A DNA stretch of 64,000 nt. Source: Candidatus Latescibacterota bacterium. GTDB lineage: Bacteria; Latescibacterota; UBA2968; UBA8231. Where the stretch lies: the NCBI GenBank assembly GCA_965208105.1, contig OZ242318.1, positions 1,920,001-1,984,000 of the forward strand, read 5' to 3'. The notes beneath the pieces are model-generated. The model was given only the letters and a program-made list of their open reading frames with translations, searched no databases and was not told the DNA's origin. The translations under genes and the position numbers were made by a program. Shown piece by piece: positions 48,160 to 56,815 of this stretch (its first letter is position 1; the number at the start of each line of letters is the position of its first letter).

Positions 48160-49542
48160 TTGACCGACACTGCATTCGACCTGGTGGTCATCGGAGCTGG
48201 ACCGGGCGGCTACGTGGCCGCGGGCAAGGCAGCCCAGCTCGGCATGAAGGTGGCCTGCATCGACAAGAGCTACCTCGGCGGCACCTGCCTCAATGTGGGC
48301 TGCATCCCCAGCAAGGCCCTGCTCGAGTCGAGCGATCTGTTCTACAGAGTAAGCAAGGGATTGGGACACCACGGAATCGGGCAGGGCGAGGTGGGCCTGG
48401 ACCTGCGTGCCATGATGGCGCGCAAGGAGAAGATCGTGCGGACCATGACCGGGGGAATCGAGGCCCTGTTCAAGAAGGGTGGTGTGACCCATTTCGTCGG
48501 CAGAGGCCAGGTCCTCGGGCCCGGGAAGGTGGCCGTGCAGGGCGCGGACGGCGAGCAGCTGCTGTCTTCCAGACACATCCTGCTGGCCACGGGCAGCACT
48601 CCCGTGGAGCTGCCTGATCTGCCCTTCGACGGCGAGCGCGTAATCTGCTCGACCGAGGCCCTGACCCTGGAGAAGGTACCCGAGCGGCTCGCCGTCATCG
48701 GCGGCGGCGCCATTGGCCTGGAGCTGGGGTCCGTGTGGGCCCGGCTGGGTGCCCGAGTCCTCGTGGTGGAGGCCATGGAGGGGATCCTGCCGGAGACGGA
48801 CCGGGAAATGGCCGGGCAGCTGGAGCGGCTGCTGAAGCGCCAGGGCCTGGAATTCCTGCTTGGGGCCAGGGCCAAGGGGGCCTCGATCGAAGAAGGCCGG
48901 GTGACGCTGACCATAGGAGCCGGCGACCAGGAACGCGTCGAGACCTTCGATCAGGTGCTGGTGGCCGTGGGGCGCAAGCCATGCAGCGCGGGATTGGGGC
49001 TGGAAGACGCGGGCGTGGCCATGAACGAGCGCGGTCAGGTCGTGGTCGACGCGCAGGGGCGAACCAACGTCGAAGGCATATGGGCCATCGGCGACCTCGT
49101 TCCCGGGCCGATGCTTGCCCACAAGGCCGAGGCCGAAGGAATCGCGGTCGCCGAGCGGATGGCCGGGCGCGCCGGGCAGGTCAACTACGAGGCCATCCCC
49201 TCGGTGGTCTACACCCACCCGGAGCTGGCCTGCGTGGGAGCCAGCGAGGAGGAAGCCGCGGAGGCCGGCCACGAGGCCGCCGTCGGCAGGTACCACTTTC
49301 GCGGCAATGCCCGCGCCCACTGCATGGACGACATCGACGGCCTGGTCAAGGTCGTCGCCGACGCGCACACCGACCGGCTCCTGGGAATGCACATCCTCGG
49401 ACCGCAGGCCTCGCACCTTATAGCCGAAGGCGTACTGGCCCTGAAGTTCGGCGCCAGCGCCGAGGACGTGGCCCGCACCGTCCACGCGCATCCGGCGCTG
49501 TCGGAGGTGGTGGGCGAGGCGGCGCGAGCCGCGGAGCGGTGA
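48160..49542 (+). CDS. lpdA: Dihydrolipoyl dehydrogenase (E3)
   Basis: GAGPGGY, GGTCLNVGCIPSK, GGGAIGLE, MLAHKA and HAHPALSE. Confidence 0.95.
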   Translation: MTDTAFDLVVIGAGPGGYVAAGKAAQLGMKVACIDKSYLGGTCLNVGCIPSKALLESSDLFYRVSKGLGHHGIGQGEVGLDLRAMMARKEKIVRTMTGGIEALFKKGGVTHFVGRGQVLGPGKVAVQGADGEQLLSSRHILLATGSTPVELPDLPFDGERVICSTEALTLEKVPERLAVIGGGAIGLELGSVWARLGARVLVVEAMEGILPETDREMAGQLERLLKRQGLEFLLGARAKGASIEEGRVTLTIGAGDQERVETFDQVLVAVGRKPCSAGLGLEDAGVAMNERGQVVVDAQGRTNVEGIWAIGDLVPGPMLAHKAEAEGIAVAERMAGRAGQVNYEAIPSVVYTHPELACVGASEEEAAEAGHEAAVGRYHFRGNARAHCMDDIDGLVKVVADAHTDRLLGMHILGPQASHLIAEGVLALKFGASAEDVARTVHAHPALSEVVGEAARAAER

Positions 49543-49560
49543 AGCTCCGGGAACCGGGCC

Positions 49561-49596
49561 CTAGCAGCCCGTTGAAAAGTCCATCCGGGCTGCTAG
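49561..49596. repeat. 36-bp CTAG-bounded palindrome, copy 1
   Basis: CTAGCAGCCCG-TTGAAAAGTCCATC-CGGGCTGCTAG; the right CTAG supplies the TAG stop of the minus-strand methyltransferase. Confidence 0.9.
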
Positions 49597-50327
49597 ACCT
49601 TCCTCCCTCCGAAAACCGCCAGCTCGAAAAGCTTGAAATAGCAGTCCACGTCCGAGAAGCCGATGGCTCTGAGCCATTCACACTGATCTTCGACGGGGGC
49701 GAGGATATTGGCCTGCTTGTCATCGCGGTAATAGTATGCCCTGGCGACTTCGTCGCGAGACACATCGGGCTCTCTTTGCCTGACGGATTCATGCAGGTCG
49801 TCGATGAAGCGGTCGGCGAAACGCGACTCAATCCACTTCGACGGCGAGCTGACATGCTCGACGTTGACGAAAACCCCGTTGGGAGACAGCAGATCGAAAA
49901 CCTCTCCATATATCCCGCGTTTGCGCTCATCCCCCTGGTGATGTATCGAAAAACCCGATACGACCGCGTCGTAAAGCCCCTCATCCGCAACCAGGCCGAC
50001 CCAATCGGAGGCCGCAAAATCGCCGATGACAAAACGATGCCCTGATGCCCTTCCTCCAAACCTCCTCCGCGCCGCCTCTATCATAGCCTCCGAAAAATCC
50101 ACGAACACACCCCTTGCATCCGGGTGATCTTCAATGACCGCGGCGCCGAGGATGCCATCGCCGCAACCCAGGTCGAGCACGGTACCGACTCGGTGATCAT
50201 CCGCATTGATCACCTGGCGCATAACGGCAATCTGTTGGTCAGACAGGGGGATGGCCTCCCGAATATTCTCGAGATATTTCTGCGCCAGGTCTGGCGCCTG
50301 CCATGCCCTGTCCTTGCGATTGCCCAT
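49593..50327 (-). CDS. Class I SAM-dependent methyltransferase
   Basis: VLDLGCGDG, VDFSEAM, SGFSIHH and GVFVNVEH. Confidence 0.9.
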   Translation of the reverse strand: MGNRKDRAWQAPDLAQKYLENIREAIPLSDQQIAVMRQVINADDHRVGTVLDLGCGDGILGAAVIEDHPDARGVFVDFSEAMIEAARRRFGGRASGHRFVIGDFAASDWVGLVADEGLYDAVVSGFSIHHQGDERKRGIYGEVFDLLSPNGVFVNVEHVSSPSKWIESRFADRFIDDLHESVRQREPDVSRDEVARAYYYRDDKQANILAPVEDQCEWLRAIGFSDVDCYFKLFELAVFGGRKV

Positions 50328-50329
50328 GG

Positions 50330-51505
50330 TTACAACACCTTGTTCCGGTACAGAAACAAGAGCGACAACATACCGAAAATCAAAATTGAGACGCCGGATA
50401 TGAACAGTGCCGTGCCGAGTGAATAGGTGTCATGGATCCAGCCGATCACGGGACCGATTACTACGAACATCAGGCGCATGACCAGACTTTTGACCGACAG
50501 CACAGTGGCGCGAATATCCGAACTCACCAGGCGATTGACGTAGTCATTGAGCACGGGACCATTTATACCGCGCACAAGTGAAAAAGTGAGCAGAACCGGC
50601 AGTGCCCAAAGGGCTTGAATTTGGCTCAAAACCAAATATGCCGACGACGACAAAACAATCAAAAACACCAATGACCGCCTGCGGCCGAGCAGACTCTCAA
50701 CCCGATAGGCCATCAGGGCAAACACGCCCACCGAAAAATTCAGAACCGCCCACCCGATGCCGAAATACCGCAGCGGCAACTCGACCGCCTGAAAATACGG
50801 CTGCACGAACCAGACAATTACAAAGGTAGAAAGCCCGACGAGCGACGAGTAGAGGATCAGCCATTTTACCTCGGCGTGACCGTGAAGCGCGTACCTGACA
50901 ATCCTGAGTATGCTTGCAAAGCTGCTCTCGCGCCTCTCCAGCTTGTGACGCGCTGGCTCGACAAGGGTAAACGCAACGGGAACTGCAAGCACCATAAGAA
51001 CGGCTTCGACATAGAGCGGCGTGCGCAGACTGATAAGCGCCAGCTCTCCGCCAATGACGGCAGCGATAGCCTCGGAAAAATTGCCCGCCGAACCCAGGCG
51101 CCCCGCGTATTTTGCAAACTGACCCTTTCGCTTCAGTTCCAGCAAGGTATCGTAGAGCAGCGCGGTGTCCGCCCCCGAAATCAGGCTGCCGGCAATGCCG
51201 AGCAACAGTTCGACGATCAGAAATTCGTAAAACGAATAAGCAGTCGCATACAATACGAACCCGGCAGCCCCGACAGCGGTGCCTATGATCAGGGTAAATT
51301 TGCGCCCCACCACATCAGCGATATACCCTGATGGCACCTCGAACACAATTATCGATATGGAAAACGCCGCTTGCAGGACAAGGATGTCCTGCATATCTAG
51401 CCCATTCTCCTGGAAGAACGGAATGAGTACGGGCATGATGAGCAGCATCCATCTCAACGAAGTGTAAACGTAGAGCTTCCAGATATTGTGGTGCAGAGCA
51501 TTCAT
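50330..51505 (-). CDS. MFS transporter
   Basis: About 12 TM segments; FEVPSGYIADVVGRK, SGADTALLYD and RATVLS; visibly more AT-rich than the flanks. Confidence 0.9.
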   Translation of the reverse strand: MNALHHNIWKLYVYTSLRWMLLIMPVLIPFFQENGLDMQDILVLQAAFSISIIVFEVPSGYIADVVGRKFTLIIGTAVGAAGFVLYATAYSFYEFLIVELLLGIAGSLISGADTALLYDTLLELKRKGQFAKYAGRLGSAGNFSEAIAAVIGGELALISLRTPLYVEAVLMVLAVPVAFTLVEPARHKLERRESSFASILRIVRYALHGHAEVKWLILYSSLVGLSTFVIVWFVQPYFQAVELPLRYFGIGWAVLNFSVGVFALMAYRVESLLGRRRSLVFLIVLSSSAYLVLSQIQALWALPVLLTFSLVRGINGPVLNDYVNRLVSSDIRATVLSVKSLVMRLMFVVIGPVIGWIHDTYSLGTALFISGVSILIFGMLSLLFLYRNKVL

Positions 51506-51595
51506 TGCTGTTCATCGCCTGTCATCATTTCCGATGCCCGGTAGCCGGACCATTCTCCCTGCATGTCATTTCCCCTCAAGGGGCTGGCGGACCAC

Positions 51596-51840
51596 AAAAA
51601 AACCCGCCGAAGTATCTTCAGCGGGTTGGTTATTTCAAGACCATTAATTGTTCTTCAGTCTATCGTCTCATCCTCAACCCGCCGGTTGATCGCTTCCCAT
51701 GACCTTGCAATTCGCGAGATTGGTTCCACTTCCGGACGAATATGACCGATTGCACCGTTAAGCGACATCTGCCCGATTGCGCTGCCGGCGCAGTCATCAA
51801 TTATCTGCAGGGTATTGTTTTGGCGGGTTGCAAAAACCAT
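51596..51840 (-). promoter_or_regulatory. Attenuator-like leader of the MFS/methyltransferase operon
   Basis: Minus-strand terminator AACCCGCTGAAG-ATA-CTTCGGCGGGTT-TTTTT (51627-51596), competing segments at 51675-51683 and 51822-51830, and uORF 51840-51655. Confidence 0.62.
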
Positions 51841-51979
51841 GTCACACTCTCTATTGTATCTACGAACGGAGCTGCAAACGCGCGCGAAAGATAGGCCCGG
51901 ATATTGGTGAGGTCAAGGTCGAGGATCTCCCTCCTGCTGACCGCACCGGCTTCACCTAACATTCAAGGAGTGGAGGCAA

Positions 51980-52870
51980 ATGCCCGCCAGACGAGTTAAC
52001 AGGACAGTTGAACTGCTCGCCGCCGACCAGCCGGTCTACTACACGGGCGGTCACACGGGCGCGATTCTGAGCCGCGAGCAGGGGGAGGAGGACTCTCAGA
52101 CCTGGGCGGACTACATCAACGTGGGGATGGAGCACGGGTCTTTCGACCTGGCCGGTCTGCAGGACTACATGGATGGATTGGCGGCTGGCGGTCCCACTGC
52201 CAGCGGTCACCGGACTCCCACCGTGATCGTCGAGGCGCCGGTGGACGGGACCTCGGAGGCGGCGGTTCGATTCAACTCCTGGCAGTTCAGACAGATTCTG
52301 GCGCGTGGGGTTCACGGCATCCTGCTGTGCCAGGCGGAGACGGCCGACGCGGTGCGGGCTTTCGTGGAGTCCTGCCGCTACCCAAGAGCTTCCCAGGGGG
52401 TCGGTTGTGGGTTGCAGCGCGGCACCCGGGGGGTTGGCTCGGAGCCGGTTTGCGCTCCCATATGGGGTCTCGACAACTCGCAGTACATCGACCGGGCCGA
52501 CCCGTGGCCGCTGAACCCGGAAGGCGAGCTGATGCTGGGCATCAAGGTCGAATCGGCGCGCGGCGTGCAGAATATCGAGAGCATGCTCGCGGTGCCGGGG
52601 TTGACCTTCGCCGAGTGCGGCCCCGGCGACCTGCACATGTCCTACGGTATCGATATCGGGGCGCCGGGCACGCCCTTCGATCCGCGCGTCGAGGAAGCCG
52701 GCGAGCGCGTGCGCAGAGCCTGCCACGAGAACGGGGTCGCCTTCCTCGGCGGCGCGACCCTGGACACCATTACGGAAAAGATCGACCGCGGAGTCCGCGT
52801 GGTTTCGGGTTCGAACCCGGAGATCGCGGCCAAAGGTCGCGCCTACTCCAACCGCACCATGCCAGTGTAA
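51980..52870 (+). CDS. HpcH/HpaI aldolase/citrate lyase family protein
   Basis: MEHG, ARGVHGI, LGIKVES..GVQNIE..LAVPG and GPGDL. Confidence 0.85.
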   Translation: MPARRVNRTVELLAADQPVYYTGGHTGAILSREQGEEDSQTWADYINVGMEHGSFDLAGLQDYMDGLAAGGPTASGHRTPTVIVEAPVDGTSEAAVRFNSWQFRQILARGVHGILLCQAETADAVRAFVESCRYPRASQGVGCGLQRGTRGVGSEPVCAPIWGLDNSQYIDRADPWPLNPEGELMLGIKVESARGVQNIESMLAVPGLTFAECGPGDLHMSYGIDIGAPGTPFDPRVEEAGERVRRACHENGVAFLGGATLDTITEKIDRGVRVVSGSNPEIAAKGRAYSNRTMPV

Positions 52871-53051
52871 TGCTTCCCGCCGCCTGGTCGGGAGACAGGT
52901 TGATCGGGCGGCGGCTGGCTGAGATTATCCCGCTCGACGGCCCGGGGTTGTTCCAGATCGAAAAGGAACGGCGCAAGGGACGCCCCTGGCACCCCGCATC
53001 TCCCGGCTGGATGCGGCTTGTCGCCGGGCGGCACGCGTCCGGTGCCGCGCC

Positions 53052-53087
53052 CTAGCAGCCCGTTGAAAAGTACATCCGGGCTGCTAG
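53052..53087. repeat. 36-bp CTAG-bounded palindrome, copy 2
   Basis: CTAGCAGCCCG-TTGAAAAGTACATC-CGGGCTGCTAG, one mismatch to copy 1; the right CTAG is the TAG stop of the minus-strand ABC transporter. Confidence 0.9.
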
Positions 53088-54862
53088 GCGAGAGCCTCGT
53101 TGTACTGCAACTGGTGCAGGCGGGCGTAGATGCCGTCCCGGGCAAGAAGCTCTTCGTGGCGGCCCTCCTCGCGCAACCGGCCCCGATGCAGCACGAGGAT
53201 CTTGTCGGCGTTGCGGATGGTGGACAGGCGGTGGGCGATGACGATGGATGTGCGGTCGCGCATCAGCTTCTCCACCGCCTCCTGGATCCAGCCTTCGGTC
53301 TCGGTGTCGACGTGGGCGGTGGCCTCGTCCAGCACCAGGATGTCCGGGTCGGCTGCCAGGGCGCGGGCAAGCGACAGAAGCTGGCGCTGGCCCGCCGACA
53401 GCGCCCCGCCGCGCTCCTGCACCTCGTGCCGGTAGGTGTCGGGCAGCTGCTCTATGAAGCGGTCGGCGTTGACATAGCGGGCCGCCCGCGCCACCGCGGC
53501 GTCCGACAGCCCGGGAGCGCCGAACCGGATGTTGTCGGCGATGCCGCCGGCAAAGAGAAAGACGTCCTGCTGCACCAGGCCGAAGCGCCGCCGCAGCGCT
53601 TCCACGTTCCACTCGCTGATGTCGATGCCGTCGACCAGGATCTGCCCCCGCTGAATCTCGTAGAAGCGGCACAGCAGGCTGACGATGGTGGTCTTGCCCG
53701 AGCCGGTTGCCCCCACCAGGGCGAGGCTCTGGCCCGGCTCGGCGCGGAAGGAAACGTCGCGCAGAACCCACTCTTCTCCTTCATAAGCAAACCATACCCG
53801 GCGGAACTCGACGGCTCCGGCGATGCGGTCCCGGCGCACGGGACCGCCGGTGGGCTCCGGCTCGCCATCCAGCAGCTCGAAGATGCGCTCGGAGGAGGCC
53901 ATGGCCACCTGCACGGTGGCGTATTCCTCGGCGAGGTTGCGGATGGGAATGAAGAAGCGGGGCACGTATTGCAGCATGGCCACCAGAACGCCCCAGGCGA
54001 TCTCCTCGCGCATCACCTGGCCGACTCCGTACCACAGCACCAGCGCTATCAGGGCGGCGCCGCACAGCTCCATGAAGGGGAAATAGGCCGAGTGGTAACG
54101 GGTGCGCACCAGGCGGGCGTCGAGGTATTCGCCGGTTCCCTGGTTGAAGCGCCGGGCGCTGCGCGGCTCGCAGTTGAACAGTTTCACCACCTCGATACCC
54201 GACAGGGTTTCCTGCAGATCCGCGCTGAAGCGGGCAAAGCGGGTGCGGGCGTGGCGGAAGGCCTGGTAGGTGCGGTTCTGCAGCCACAGAGTGGCGGCGA
54301 AGGCCGCCGGCAGGAAGGCGCAGGTGAGCAGGCCCAGCTCGACATCGAGGTAGAAGAAGATGTAGAACAGGATGGAGGCGATGGTGATGGTTTCGGTTAC
54401 CAGGGAGACGGCGCCGAAGGTGAAGAACTCGTTGAGCGCATCGACATCGCTGGTATTGCGCGCCATGAGCCGGCCGATGGGGGTGCGGTCGAAGAACCTG
54501 AGCGGCAGACCCTGAAGGCATGTGAAGATGTTCAGGCGCACGTCGCGCATGGTCCACTGCCCCACCATGCCGGTGATCCAGCTTTGGGCGTAGCCGATTG
54601 CGAACTGGCCCAAAAGCAGCGCGGCGAAGAGAAGGACGAGGGAGCCCAACCCCTCCAGGTCGCCGGGAACGATATGCTCGTCGACGGCTATCTTGGTCAG
54701 CACGGGACCGGCCTGGCGGGCGAGCGAGGCGGCGAGGATGAGCAGCAAGGTCAGGGCCGCCCAGTGCCAGTAGGGCCGCAGGAAGCCCAGCAGCCTGGCC
54801 AGCAGGCGGAGATCCATGGACTTCTGGTCGATTTCCCGCTCGTCGCGGATGGCCGGCGGCAT
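53084..54862 (-). CDS. ABC exporter, fused permease/ATPase (heterodimer subunit B)
   Basis: TM domain plus GATGSGKT, LSAGQRQ, LVLDEAT and IAHRLST. Confidence 0.92.
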   Translation of the reverse strand: MPPAIRDEREIDQKSMDLRLLARLLGFLRPYWHWAALTLLLILAASLARQAGPVLTKIAVDEHIVPGDLEGLGSLVLLFAALLLGQFAIGYAQSWITGMVGQWTMRDVRLNIFTCLQGLPLRFFDRTPIGRLMARNTSDVDALNEFFTFGAVSLVTETITIASILFYIFFYLDVELGLLTCAFLPAAFAATLWLQNRTYQAFRHARTRFARFSADLQETLSGIEVVKLFNCEPRSARRFNQGTGEYLDARLVRTRYHSAYFPFMELCGAALIALVLWYGVGQVMREEIAWGVLVAMLQYVPRFFIPIRNLAEEYATVQVAMASSERIFELLDGEPEPTGGPVRRDRIAGAVEFRRVWFAYEGEEWVLRDVSFRAEPGQSLALVGATGSGKTTIVSLLCRFYEIQRGQILVDGIDISEWNVEALRRRFGLVQQDVFLFAGGIADNIRFGAPGLSDAAVARAARYVNADRFIEQLPDTYRHEVQERGGALSAGQRQLLSLARALAADPDILVLDEATAHVDTETEGWIQEAVEKLMRDRTSIVIAHRLSTIRNADKILVLHRGRLREEGRHEELLARDGIYARLHQLQYNEALA

Positions 54863-56607
54863 CAGAGGGTGCTCAATTCATCGGTGAGATGCTGGCGGCG
54901 GTACATACCGGAGTAGAGGCCGCCGCCTGCGAGTAACTCGTCGTGGGTGCCCTCCTCGACAATGCGCCCTTCGTCGAGCACGATAATGTGGTCGGCGGCC
55001 ATGACGGTGGAGAGGCGATGAGCGATGAGGATGGTGGTGCGCTCGGCCATGATGCCGCGCAGGCGCTCGAGGATCCGCTCTTCGGTGCGGGTATCGACGT
55101 TGGCCAGGGCGTCGTCGAGAATGAGGATCTTCGGGCGCCGCGCGACCGAACGGGCAAGGGCGGTGCGCTGCTTCTGCCCCCCCGACAGGGTGACGCCGCG
55201 CTCGCCGACGATGGTGTCCAGCCCCTGGGGAAAGGTCTCGATGTCGGCGGTCAGCTGCGCCACCTCGATGGCGCGTTCGACCTCGTCGGGGTGGACGGAG
55301 TCGAGGGCGATGTTGTCGCGGATGCTCTCGGAGAACAGGAAGGTGTCCTGGGGCGCGTAGCCAATGGCGCCGCGGAAGGCGCGCAGCGGCATTCGTTCAA
55401 CGGGTCTGCCGTCGATTAGAATCTGGCCCTCGCCTGCCTGGATCAGGCGGGGGATTAGCCGGGCAAGGGTGCTCTTGCCCGAGCCCACGCGGCCGACGAT
55501 GGCCAGGGTGCTGCCGGCCGGAACGTGGACGTGGATATCGCGCAGCACGGCCTGCCCGTTGTATGCAAAGGAAGCCCCGCGGAACTCGATTTCGCCCCGG
55601 ACCGCCAGGCCGTCGTCCTGGTACTGGTCGGCCTGGGGCTGTTCCTTGAGTACGGACTCGATGCGCAGCATGGAAGCCATGGCGCGCTGGTATTCGTCGA
55701 CGATGCGGCCCATCATCATCATCGGGCGGCTCAGGCGGATCAAGTAGGCGTTGAAGGCGACGAAGGCCCCCAGGGTGAGCGTCCCCTCGACGACGCGGGT
55801 TCCACCCAGCCACAGAACCAGTACCATCGACAGCCCGCTGATGAGGAAGGTGATGGGGAAGAAGGTGCTGTAGAGGTAGATCAGGCGGCGGCTGCGCTCG
55901 ACGTACTCGTCGTTGAGCCGGGTGAAGCGGTCGATCTCGCCGCTGCGGCGCGCAAACGCCTTGACCACGCGCATTCCGGCCAGGCTCTCCTGCAGGCAGG
56001 TGCTGATGGCGGCGAACTGCTCCTGGACCCTGCGGTAGCGCCGGCGCACCTTGCCGCCCACCAGGCGCAGCACCAGGACCATGACCGGCATGGGCAACAG
56101 GGCGTAGAGGGCCAGCTCCCAGTCGTAGAGACACATGGCCGTCATGCTGAAGCCGAAACCGAGCAGGGCGCTGAGGAACATGCGGAAGCCGTGGCTGAGG
56201 TAGCGCTGCACCGCCTCGACGTCGTTGGTCGCCCGGGCCATCAAATCGCCGGTGCGGGACTGTTGGAAATAGCCCAGGGGCAGGGTGAGCAGGTGGGCGA
56301 AATAGCGCTGGCGGATGTCGCGCTCGACGCGGTAGGAAGTGGCGGCCAGGTGCCAGCGCATACCGAAGGCCATGCCCCACTGCGCCAGGCCCAGGCAGAC
56401 GATGAGGCCGGCGCAGCGCGCCAGGAAGGTCATATCCGGCCCGGCTTGACCCAGGCTGTCTCGGGCATGGTCGACGGCGCGTTCGAGGACCAGGGGGATG
56501 GCGACGGCGGCAAGCTGTTCGCCGAGCAGAAAGCCCAGACCGGCGGTCAGGGCCCAGCGGTAGGGGCCCAGATACGAGGCGAACGGTTTGAAGGGATTGA
56601 GGCTCAT
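54862..56607 (-). CDS. ABC exporter, fused permease/ATPase (heterodimer subunit A)
   Basis: TM domain plus GRVGSGKS, LSGGQKQR and degenerate Walker B ILDDA; TGATG coupling to subunit B. Confidence 0.92.
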   Translation of the reverse strand: MSLNPFKPFASYLGPYRWALTAGLGFLLGEQLAAVAIPLVLERAVDHARDSLGQAGPDMTFLARCAGLIVCLGLAQWGMAFGMRWHLAATSYRVERDIRQRYFAHLLTLPLGYFQQSRTGDLMARATNDVEAVQRYLSHGFRMFLSALLGFGFSMTAMCLYDWELALYALLPMPVMVLVLRLVGGKVRRRYRRVQEQFAAISTCLQESLAGMRVVKAFARRSGEIDRFTRLNDEYVERSRRLIYLYSTFFPITFLISGLSMVLVLWLGGTRVVEGTLTLGAFVAFNAYLIRLSRPMMMMGRIVDEYQRAMASMLRIESVLKEQPQADQYQDDGLAVRGEIEFRGASFAYNGQAVLRDIHVHVPAGSTLAIVGRVGSGKSTLARLIPRLIQAGEGQILIDGRPVERMPLRAFRGAIGYAPQDTFLFSESIRDNIALDSVHPDEVERAIEVAQLTADIETFPQGLDTIVGERGVTLSGGQKQRTALARSVARRPKILILDDALANVDTRTEERILERLRGIMAERTTILIAHRLSTVMAADHIIVLDEGRIVEEGTHDELLAGGGLYSGMYRRQHLTDELSTL

Positions 56608-56815
56608 GCGCTGTCCGGTGGACCGCAGGAATCAAGCTTAGGCTATACATGTATGCAGAGCCTGTCAAAGCGAGACTGCCTGGAGACCCGCCCCGCTGAA
56701 CAGGGGGAGGGGCCAGAGCAGGGAGGCCGGCGGTCCGTGACCGATTTGCCTTTGTGCCGGATGGGACTGTTATTTTTAACCGGCACCAAAATCACCTCAT
56801 CAAGGGAAACGCCCC

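Noticed and set aside
49540-49560. CTCCGGG just after the lpdA TGA stop
   Set aside because: It lies only 2 nt from the stop, has no complementary GAG stem, and the enzyme's catalytic motifs are already complete.
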